Assembly: GCA_025558095.1 (NCBI GenBank)
Contig: JAIVFI010000002.1
Location: 620,001-684,000 of the forward strand
Direction: 5' to 3'
DNA from: Hyaloraphidium curvatum SAG 235-1
Lineage: Eukaryota; Fungi; Monoblepharomycota
Length of the DNA: 64,000 nt
Position numbers and translations under genes: made by a program. Numbering within the stretch: the stretch's first letter is position 1; every line of letters starts with the position of its first letter. This document shows, piece after piece, positions 55,736 to 64,000 of the stretch. Below the pieces are notes generated by a model. It made no database searches. It was not told where the DNA came from and saw only the letters and a program-made list of their open reading frames with translations.

Positions 55736-58700
55736 CTTTGCCCTCAGTGCCGCACGGCCATAGGGGGGCAGAGATCCAAGCTCTTGAACCACATGTGGAA
55801 CCTCTTCCTGGAACTTCCCCGCTGCCGGACGGCACGGACCCTTCATCTCCTGGCGGATCGCCGGAGTTGTCGGATTCCGCGACCGATGAACCGACGGCGG
55901 AGGACCACGTTCATCATTGGCCCTTCGGGGGCACGGAGTACATCCTCTTCCTCGAGGCGGAGGCAGCTCGACAGGCCGCCGTTCGTCAGCAGCGGGAGGC
56001 GCTCATGCCGATCGACGAGACCCTGGCCCCGCCGCCGGCAGCGGATTCGGCGTCGCCCGGCTCGGTCGAGGTCGTGGGAAACGGTGAACCGGCGGCACAG
56101 GATGCGGACGCGGGATCAGCGGATGCACCTATGCACGAGGGCCCGACCGTCCGCGCCGTTCCCGGACCTTTCGAAAGGCCCCCTCCTCCTTCCGCCTACG
56201 CACGACCACCGCTGCCTGGCCCTCGGCCTCGCCCGCGGCCACCTGCTCCGGTCGCCCCTCCGCCGGATCGCTGGACGTGGACTTCGCAAGTGCAGTTCCA
56301 CTATCAGGCGGCACGCGTTTCGGCATGGGTCAACGGCGTGAATACCCCCGCGGCCCTCGTCGACTCCGGTGCCTCAGTGGTGGCGGTTCGGTCGTCCTTC
56401 TTCTGCCGGATCCACCCGTCGCCACCGATCAAACCATGGACACTCGGCACCCTCAGCACGGCCGCGGCCGGCGGAACCATGTGGGTCCGCGGAGTTGCTA
56501 AGATGGACATCCTGGTCGGGAATCAACACTGCGTCATGGACGTCGCCATCATGGACGGTCTCATGGACGACGTGATCCTCGGCACCCCTTGGCTCTCCGC
56601 CCTACGCGTTCAGATGGACTGGGAGACGCCGGTCCTCTATTTCAAGGACGATCCGGAGGGGGTCGTCGTGCCAATGCACATTGTTGCGCGACCGCTCTTC
56701 GGATCACACCTGGTCGCCCCGCTCCATTCAACCACCTCCATCACGGTCTACCCCAACGAGGACGTCTCGATCACCGCTGAGCTGGCCCCGACGACTCCCT
56801 TGGCGACCGTCGTGGAGATGGACTTGACAGGGGTCATCGAGACGCCGAACACTTCGCCGTTCGATCGCCTCTTCATCATCCCGTCGGCGACGCCCGACAG
56901 AGACGGTCGGCTGCCGATTCTCATCCGCAACTACGGGACGACACCGGTCACGATCGGCCCGGGCACCCACCTCGGCCGCTTCCGCGTGCGGATTCCTGGA
57001 TTTCTCGCTCCGGAACCGCCCACGTATCTGGCTCCCGCGCAGATCTCGATGCTGGAGCCCGAGCTGCCCCACACCGAACCGGCCGAATCCACGCTCACGG
57101 TCGAGGAGACCATCGATCTGTTCGCGGTGCCCTCGCCGGGATCGATTGGACCACCTCAGCCTCCCGGCGTGGAGCCTCCTCCGGTCGAGGCTATCGAGCT
57201 CAAGATGGACCAAACGATCCTGAGCGAGGGGGACAAACCTCGTTTCCATAAGCTCTGCGACCGCTACCGGGACGTGTTTGGTCCTTGGATCGGCAAGCTG
57301 CGCAACCATCGCTTCCGGATCGACACGGGCGACCTCAAGCCGATCCACCAGATGCCGTACCGGACCCCGTTCCGGCTTCGCGGGGAAATGGACAAGATCA
57401 TCGACGACCTGCTCGTGCAGGGCGTAGTCGTCCCCTCGCGAAGCCCCTGGGCCACGCCCTGCATCATGGTGCCAAAAGGGCACGGCTCGGGCGAATGGCG
57501 CCTGGTGATCGATTACCGGAAGCTCAACGCCGCCACCAAGCGCGACGTCTACCCGATGAAGAACCCAAGCGACACTCTCGCTCTCCTCAGCGCGGCCAAG
57601 GTGTGGAGCGTTTGCGACATCCGCTCCGGCTTTTGGCACGTGGAGGTGGCCGACGAGGACAAGGAAAAGACGGCCTTCACGACGCACCGCGGTCTCTACC
57701 AGTGGGAGCGGATGGCCATGGGCTTTACCAACGCTCCTGCAACCTTTGCTCGGATCATGGACGAGCTCCTCGCCGGCCTCCAGTGGTACTGCTTGGTGGT
57801 CTTCATCGACGACATCATTATCTTCTCGCAGACGGTCGACGAGCACCTCGTGCACCTGGAGCTCCTCTTTGACCGACTGCGCGAGGCCGGGATGACTCTG
57901 AAGCTGGCCAAATGCAAGTTCTTCCGCCGCGAGGTCAAATACCTCGGGCATTACGTCACCGCCGACGGCCTCAAGGTCGACCCCGAGAAGACCCGCGCGG
58001 TGGACCAGTTCCCCCGCCCAACGACCAAGAAGGAGCTCCAATCGTTTCTCGGCCTCTCCAACTACTATCGCCCCTTCATTGCCGGCTACGCCAACATTGC
58101 CAGCCCGCTCACCCGCCTGACGCAGGACGGCGTCTCGGTCTCTCGGGCCTGGGACGACGCATGCGAGGCCGCCTTCCGTATGCTAAAGGAACGGCTTACG
58201 TCGGCGCCCGTGCTCCGTCGCCCCGACTTTTCCAAGCGCTTCGTCTTGTTCACGGATGCCAGCGATATCGGCCTCGGCGCGGTGCTCAGCCAGCGGGACT
58301 CCGATGGCAAGGAGTACGTCATCGCCTACGCCAGCCGCGCTCTGCAGCCGAACGAGCGCAAGTGGGACACTCGGGAGCGCGAAGCCCTGGCCGTTGTTTG
58401 GGCATGCGAGCATTTCCGGGCGTATTTGATCGGGGACGAGTTTGAGGTGGTCACCGACCATAGCGCCCTCAAATGGCTCTTGGAGACCTCCAAGCCGGGC
58501 CGCCTACAGCGCTGGATCCTCCGGCTCTCGGACTTCAGGTTCCAGATCATCCATCGCTCGGGCAAAGCGAACTCCAACGCCGACTTCCTGTCTCGTCAGC
58601 TCGTGGCGCCGTCGCCCGACGAGGACGTGCCTATGGGCGACCCCGAGGAAATCTTGGACATCCCTGCCTTTTGGCCCCCAAACCCTCCCGACCCCTTGCC

Positions 58701-60783
58701 TTTTTCTTCTTTTTCTGGGGGGGGACGGGCGCCCGGATTCCTCTCCGGGAGTGATCTCGGTCAGACTTCCCGTTCTTCGTCAACCCCAGTCACCGAGTCA
58801 GACTCGGGACGAGCTACTGCGGGTTCCTCAGTCAATTGTGAATCAATGGAGCGAGTGCTGTCTGGCACGGAGTTCCCGGCCACGGTTGCCGCAGTGGAGG
58901 GAACCCTGTGGAGCGATCCGGGGACCCTGCCCGAGGCTGCGGCACCGGAGACGCAGATCCTCCTGCCGATCCCAACGACGAACGCACAGGTCGACCCGGC
59001 AGACGTGCCTGAGCGAGACCTGGCGTTCCTTCATCCGGCACTGCTTGAGGTGCTACCCGATGTCGGGGGCATCAGTGCTATTGACCTTGCCGACGTCAGA
59101 TCCCGGGATGCCCTGCGCAAAGTGCAAGAAGCCGACGTCGAGACCAGCGCGCTGATCCGCTTCGTACGAGACGGGGAGCTCCCTCCCAACGTGAATCTGG
59201 CCAAATTCTGCAAGAAGTACGGCGAGCAGTACTTCCTCGCTACGGACGGCGTGCTCTGCCGGCGCGATGTACTCGCGACTGGTACCCGTCGTATCCCGGT
59301 CACCCAGCTCGTGATACCGCACGAGCTGAGGGAGGCCTACCTGCAACGTGCGCACGACGATCCCCTGAGCGGGCACGTCGGGCGACACCGGGCGTACAGC
59401 AATCTGCGGCGCCGCGTATATTGGGTCGGCATGGCGCACGACGTTCGCCGCTGGACGCGAGCCTGCCTTACATGCATGACCCGGAAGATGCCTTCGGTAT
59501 CGAACCAGGGCTTACTGAAATCGGTTCCTCTCACAGGTCCCAACGAGGACATCTACATCGACTACATCGGCGAGATCAATCCGGCCACGCCCCGCGGCAA
59601 CAAGTACCTTCTCGTCGTCTACGATCCGTTCACTAAATGGGTCGCGGCGTATCCGACTCCGGACCTCTCTGGGCCGACGACGGCGAAGCTGCTCTATACG
59701 CGATGGATTCTCGAGCACGGTCTTCCGAAGCGGATTCACCACGACAACGCCTCGAACCTGGACAACCATTACATGGAGTACCTGCTCAAGCTACTCGGCA
59801 TCAACCGGGGCCTGGTCACGGTTGGGCATCCCAGGGCTTCCCTCGCGGAGCGCCCGAACCGGTGGATCATCGACGCCCTGAGCGCAGCGGTCTCCAAGAA
59901 CTACCAGACATGGGACGAGGACATCGTGGGGGTCATCTTTGCCTTCCGGACCTCCATCCACGCGACGACCGGCGAAACTCCGTTCTTTCTGATGCATGGT
60001 CGGGATGCTCGTATTCCGCTCGACCTACTTTACGACGAGACCGAGATTCGCGAGCCAGTGCACCTGCGGGCCAGCGACGAGGAGGACAAGAAGACAGAGG
60101 ATGAGCGCCGGCGGACCTACGTCGTGGAGCTCGTGGCGCAGCTTCGTGCGGCCTACGACCTGGTGGCCGAGAAGATGGCCGCAGCGGCGGAGACTCGGAA
60201 CGCCAAGGCCAACGCTACCCGGCTTCCGATTACCTTCCGCCCCGGCGACCTCGTGCTCATCTGGGGACCAGAACGACCGCGCAAGGGCGAGCCGGGCAAG
60301 TTCGTCTCTCGTTATCTTGGGCCCTACCGCATCGAGGAGTCAGGCCACACCGAGCTCACCTGGAAGTGTAGACACGTCTACGAGACCGACCACGTCACCA
60401 CTGTGCATGTGGACCGGCTGGCGCGCTACAAGCCTTGGGAGTCGGCCACCTTCAACGCGCGCTCGTGGAACGCACGCGCCCCGGAGCTCGCCGCCGGTGA
60501 AGAGCTCGATCTCTCGGAACCGGTGAACGAGTTCGAAGAGGAAATCGAGGTCGAGAACGCGCTTGGGAACGAGCAGGAGTACACCGTCGAGGACATCGTC
60601 GGCCACGAGGGCCAGGGTCACGGACTCAAGTTCGAGGTCAAGTGGCGGGGCTTCGCTCGCACGACCAAGCTCCCTCTGGACATGTTGCACGGCGCCATAG
60701 GGATCGTCCGCGCCTATGCCGATCGCGTTGGTCTCCAGCTCCCGACGGGTCTCCCCAGGCGCATGCGGACTCGGCGTCGCTAG
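55726..60783 (+). CDS. pol: Pol (protease, dUTPase-like insert, RT, RNase H, integrase, chromodomain-like), -1 frameshift from gag
   Basis: LVDSGAS; VVFIDDII; TDASD; HDDPLSGH...CLTC; YIDYIG, HHDNAS, LAERPN; LGPY; YTVEDIVGH...FEVKWRGF. Confidence 0.95.
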   Translation, partial: KKLALPSVPHGHRGAEIQALEPHVEPLPGTSPLPDGTDPSSPGGSPELSDSATDEPTAEDHVHHWPFGGTEYILFLEAEAARQAAVRQQREALMPIDETLAPPPAADSASPGSVEVVGNGEPAAQDADAGSADAPMHEGPTVRAVPGPFERPPPPSAYARPPLPGPRPRPRPPAPVAPPPDRWTWTSQVQFHYQAARVSAWVNGVNTPAALVDSGASVVAVRSSFFCRIHPSPPIKPWTLGTLSTAAAGGTMWVRGVAKMDILVGNQHCVMDVAIMDGLMDDVILGTPWLSALRVQMDWETPVLYFKDDPEGVVVPMHIVARPLFGSHLVAPLHSTTSITVYPNEDVSITAELAPTTPLATVVEMDLTGVIETPNTSPFDRLFIIPSATPDRDGRLPILIRNYGTTPVTIGPGTHLGRFRVRIPGFLAPEPPTYLAPAQISMLEPELPHTEPAESTLTVEETIDLFAVPSPGSIGPPQPPGVEPPPVEAIELKMDQTILSEGDKPRFHKLCDRYRDVFGPWIGKLRNHRFRIDTGDLKPIHQMPYRTPFRLRGEMDKIIDDLLVQGVVVPSRSPWATPCIMVPKGHGSGEWRLVIDYRKLNAATKRDVYPMKNPSDTLALLSAAKVWSVCDIRSGFWHVEVADEDKEKTAFTTHRGLYQWERMAMGFTNAPATFARIMDELLAGLQWYCLVVFIDDIIIFSQTVDEHLVHLELLFDRLREAGMTLKLAKCKFFRREVKYLGHYVTADGLKVDPEKTRAVDQFPRPTTKKELQSFLGLSNYYRPFIAGYANIASPLTRLTQDGVSVSRAWDDACEAAFRMLKERLTSAPVLRRPDFSKRFVLFTDASDIGLGAVLSQRDSDGKEYVIAYASRALQPNERKWDTREREALAVVWACEHFRAYLIGDEFEVVTDHSALKWLLETSKPGRLQRWILRLSDFRFQIIHRSGKANSNADFLSRQLVAPSPDEDVPMGDPEEILDIPAFWPPNPPDPLPFSSFSGGGRAPGFLSGSDLGQTSRSSSTPVTESDSGRATAGSSVNCESMERVLSGTEFPATVAAVEGTLWSDPGTLPEAAAPETQILLPIPTTNAQVDPADVPERDLAFLHPALLEVLPDVGGISAIDLADVRSRDALRKVQEADVETSALIRFVRDGELPPNVNLAKFCKKYGEQYFLATDGVLCRRDVLATGTRRIPVTQLVIPHELREAYLQRAHDDPLSGHVGRHRAYSNLRRRVYWVGMAHDVRRWTRACLTCMTRKMPSVSNQGLLKSVPLTGPNEDIYIDYIGEINPATPRGNKYLLVVYDPFTKWVAAYPTPDLSGPTTAKLLYTRWILEHGLPKRIHHDNASNLDNHYMEYLLKLLGINRGLVTVGHPRASLAERPNRWIIDALSAAVSKNYQTWDEDIVGVIFAFRTSIHATTGETPFFLMHGRDARIPLDLLYDETEIREPVHLRASDEEDKKTEDERRRTYVVELVAQLRAAYDLVAEKMAAAAETRNAKANATRLPITFRPGDLVLIWGPERPRKGEPGKFVSRYLGPYRIEESGHTELTWKCRHVYETDHVTTVHVDRLARYKPWESATFNARSWNARAPELAAGEELDLSEPVNEFEEEIEVENALGNEQEYTVEDIVGHEGQGHGLKFEVKWRGFARTTKLPLDMLHGAIGIVRAYADRVGLQLPTGLPRRMRTRRR

Positions 60784-61974
60784 TAACACCAACGACGTCT
60801 ATCCGGTCACAGCACTACCATCTCTGTGCTCCGATCCCCGGCTTTTCACTGACTCAAACCCGACGTACTACCTCGAGCCTATCCTCGACCCCCTCGAACG
60901 CCAACTTGTGATACCCGGACTGAAAATGCGTGTTCAGATTGCCCAGGAGGCCCTTAGCCTTGTGCTTTACCAGATGGCACCACGGGAACGAGCATACCGC
61001 CACTTCGCCCTTGGTGGGGCTCCGGTACAGTTCGCCGGCGTACGTTCCGGCAATCTTCCATCGGAGGAAGGAGCCTGCCGGCACGGCATCAGGGACCTTC
61101 TTCGTCACCCGTTCCGCCTTCAAGCCCCAGACCGGCGACGACTTCTTCATCTGGCACATTCAGTGACGATCAGCGCTTGTGGGGCGTACTCCCGTCGAGC
61201 CGTTCACCTGCGCAATCTGCTCCCGGGCCTCCCCGCGCTGCACCACATGCCCCTCGTCTTTACCTGAAGTTGCCGTTTGGGCCGTCTGGAAGGCGCTCCC
61301 TTGTTCAGTGGCGGCCTCGAAGTCGCCTAAGTGGTCCAGCTCCCAAGAGGGCGCATGAAGCGTGACTGACAGCACGGGGACTTCGTCGGCCGCCTCGAGC
61401 TCCTCCCTCGAGTCCGCCGCCGACTCGCCCTCGCCGACGGAAGGCGCACCCTTCGACGACATCGCCGGCAGGAAGACGCCGGAGGTCCGGGTTGCGGCCG
61501 CGGCCGCGATCGGGTCGTTGCCTCTGGCCCCGCCAGCCTCGCGCAGCTTGGCGGTCCCGCCGGCCTCGCGCAGCTCGGCGACGAGCCGACGGAGCACTCG
61601 GACCTCGACAACGACGTTCCCAGCCTCTTCGGCCAGCGGCAACATCCCGCGCATGGCGGCCAGACGCACCAGTTGCAGGAAGCAGTCGACCACGTCGTCC
61701 TCCTGGCGCGGCGCTGAGCTCCCGTTCGAGGACCACGCCGCTACGCTCTTACCTTGGTGCACAGCAGGACGTCGAAGGTCGGCAACCGAACCTCGAACCA
61801 CGAACTCGGCGGGACGACGTTCGGCAGCTCCGCACTCATGACAGGCGCGGAGATCCCCCCAGCTCTTCTGGACCCTACGTCGCGATCCCCCGCGAGCGCT
61901 TTCGTCGACGCAATGGCGTACGGCCCTCGCTCGCGCCCCGTCCCCCGTGGCGGGGACTGGTGACCCGGTGTGCG

Positions 61975-62140
61975 GGCGAACTCGCGGTCGACTCGACTCG
62001 CAGTTGACTCGCGGTTGACTCGCGGTTGGCTCGCGGTTGACTCGCAAGTGACTCGCGAGTCACTCGCGAGTCGCTCGCAAGTCACTCGCGAGCGACTTGC
62101 GATGCACTCGCGAGTTGCCTGCGCTTCGCACCATATAAGC
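61975..62140 (+). promoter_or_regulatory. Internal promoter: ~12-13 copies of the LTR 11-bp repeat followed by TATAAG
   Basis: Units such as AAGTGACTCGC and GAGTCACTCGC match U3 units; TATAA at 62134-62138; ATG at 62208. Confidence 0.75.
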
Positions 62141-62207
62141 GGCGGACCACAGGAGGCCGCGGCCGCGGACTACGCACCCAACGTCGACCTCGCCGCTACC
62201 GTCTCCC

Positions 62208-63473
62208 ATGGCGACCCCCACGACTGCCGGCCACAACCTGCGGCCCCGCCGGCCGCATGTGGCCACGGCGCCGCCGCCGGCGACTGCGCCCGTCGCTGCG
62301 TTGCCTGGCGTCGTACCCCCGGACTATCGGTCGGCGCTTGCCTCCCTCTCGACCCGGCTGGACGACCTCCGGGCCGACCTCGACGTCAGACACTCCCAGA
62401 CGACGGCCCACTTGCACAAGGTCGAGCAGGCCGCCTTCTCCGCGGTCATGCCCATCCGCGCAGCCCTCGACGCACTCCACCCGGTGCTCAACACCCTCGT
62501 CAATGTCGGCAACCTGGAGCAGCACGCTCTTGACCGCGTAACGGCGACGCTCGAGCAGCAAGAGGCCCGCCTGGACGCCCAGATCCGCCAGCAGCGTGAC
62601 GAGCTCCAGGTGGTCCTCAGTGGCCGCCACCGCGAACTTGAGTTCGCCGTCACCGCCTTGCGCCGGACCGACGACGCTCGTCTCGGTGCCATCGAGACGC
62701 AGCTCGACCGGCTTGCGTTGGTGCTCGAGGCTCAACGTCAGAACTTCAACGGCATTCTCCTGGTGGACGAAGCTACCATCGAGGAGTTGAGGGAGTTCGG
62801 CTCTTCCCTCGCCGGGCTGGTTGCTCAGACCGGGACCAACCTCGAAACCACCATCGAGACCGTCGTCGAGACCAATCTCGCCCGTCACAACAATGGCCCC
62901 ATGGCGGAGTTTGCGGCCGACCTCAAGAGCGTCCTGGCGGCCCATCTGCAGCGATTTGGGTCGGAGCAGCACAAGCAGCTCATGCTTTCAGCTCAAGACC
63001 ACACCACGCTCCTCACGGCCGGCCTGAACGCGCAGCGCGAGCACTTCACCAAGACCGCCGACGAGCAACGGGCCCTCCTGCGTCGCTTCCTCGGCAATCA
63101 AGTGGCTCCCCTGGCGGGGCAAACGACGCCCGCCGTGGTCACCTCCACGCCGGTCGGCCGCGTCAAGGACGAGGACCTCGTCACCTCCGACGATGAGGCT
63201 GGGGATATGCAACCTCCAGCTCCTCGCCCCGAGAGCGTGTCCAGCAGCGACGCCTCCTCCATCGTCTCGCAGGACGACGGCCTCTTGGCCGCCCTGTACG
63301 ACGACATCCCGGCCGCTCCCTACAAGTCGACCATGCCCCCGGTCTACACCCCCTCGGCCGCGGACGGCTCAGCCGTGCATGCCGCCTTCGCTCTCGGCTT
63401 TACCCGCCGGCTCCGCGCCCCGCCGCCGAGCGACGACGAGGCGGACGCCGACGTCGACTTTGAGGACGCCTAA
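62208..63473 (+). CDS. Accessory coiled-coil protein (421 aa, ORF3) inside the Gypsy element
   Basis: Intact ORF with strong GC3 bias; Pro/Ala N-terminus, long heptad-like core, acidic tail; no signal peptide or TM evident. Confidence 0.85.
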   Translation: MATPTTAGHNLRPRRPHVATAPPPATAPVAALPGVVPPDYRSALASLSTRLDDLRADLDVRHSQTTAHLHKVEQAAFSAVMPIRAALDALHPVLNTLVNVGNLEQHALDRVTATLEQQEARLDAQIRQQRDELQVVLSGRHRELEFAVTALRRTDDARLGAIETQLDRLALVLEAQRQNFNGILLVDEATIEELREFGSSLAGLVAQTGTNLETTIETVVETNLARHNNGPMAEFAADLKSVLAAHLQRFGSEQHKQLMLSAQDHTTLLTAGLNAQREHFTKTADEQRALLRRFLGNQVAPLAGQTTPAVVTSTPVGRVKDEDLVTSDDEAGDMQPPAPRPESVSSSDASSIVSQDDGLLAALYDDIPAAPYKSTMPPVYTPSAADGSAVHAAFALGFTRRLRAPPPSDDEADADVDFEDA

Positions 63474-63615
63474 GCCACCCTTCGGCCCTACACTCTCCAA
63501 CATCTGTTGTCTCCACCTCGGCCTTCAACATCTTCTACTGCAAGCATGACGTCACTCCGCGGAGGATCTTCGATTTCGTGGCGCCGAGGGCGGCGCCTTC
63601 TTTTGGGTGGGGGCG

Positions 63616-64000
63616 TGCGAAGGTACAGGACGTCTGACATTCGGACAAGGGTATTTTCATTTTCGGTTCGGAGGCGTGGAGGCGTCGGTCCTCGCGATCG
63701 ACTCGTGATCGACTCGCGATCGACTCGCGAGTGACTCGGCACAGCCACCCTCCTGGGATATATAAAGAGCGGGACATGTAACAGTACAATCTTGATCGCC
63801 AGTTGACTCTACGTGCTCTCCGTGTCGTTCGACCACCGTGCGGAACCCCGCCCGGCCGGATCCTCGTTCTGAGAGCCCTTGGGACGCACCCCGGGAGACA
63901 TCCCGTAACCTCTTTCCCCCGGCTACAGTCAAGTATCTTCAGCGCTGTTCGCTTATTCATATTCAGGGCCTATCCGACCCGAAGAGCCGAGCGGGATTCG
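63616..64000 (+). repeat. 3' LTR of copy A2 (partial), only four 11-bp repeats
   Basis: Matches the LTR at 53437 apart from array length (63696-63739). Confidence 0.95.

Larger units (their letters stand above)
53437..64000 (+). mobile_element. Gypsy family A copy 2, apparently intact (>10.5 kb) with a long 3' accessory region
   Basis: 5' LTR 53437-53912, PBS, gag, pol, PPT GGGTGGGGGCG 63605-63615, 3' LTR from 63616 (cut by the window end). Confidence 0.96.

Noticed and set aside
48201-58661. 5.2-kb duplication as a pure assembly artefact
   Set aside because: Copies differ by several SNPs and one repeat unit, and the junction is an exact LTR start; nested insertion is more likely, though unconfirmed without reads.
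62208-63473. Calling ORF3 an envelope protein
   Set aside because: No evident signal peptide, TM helix, cysteines or furin-type processing context.

Overview
Eukaryotic DNA, probably fungal or fungus-like (CryptonF/GCR1_C relic, Tf1-type chromoviruses, TTAGGG filler, a short GT-AG intron); the species cannot be fixed from sequence alone. About 1-18.1 kb is a compact cluster of mostly intronless, membrane-anchored glycan-modifying genes (GT77-like glycosyltransferases, two methyltransferases, an NXPE/PC-esterase-like O-acyltransferase) interrupted by an intact hAT transposon. About 18.2-64 kb is a nested mobile-element block: an internally deleted Crypton, a serine-recombinase gene with a spliceosomal intron, a CRE-like non-LTR retroelement, self-priming short-LTR Tf1-like elements, a Copia relic, an AT-rich possibly Polinton-like segment, and a Gypsy lineage (tRNA-Tyr-like PBS; 4-bp TSD seen at one copy). 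The two most unusual signals are (i) that Gypsy lineage, where three different families place a non-Env coiled-coil ORF just before the PPT, in two of them behind an internal promoter built from the same 11-bp repeat as the LTR U3, and (ii) the intron-containing serine recombinase. All family assignments come from motif recognition by eye, not database searches.
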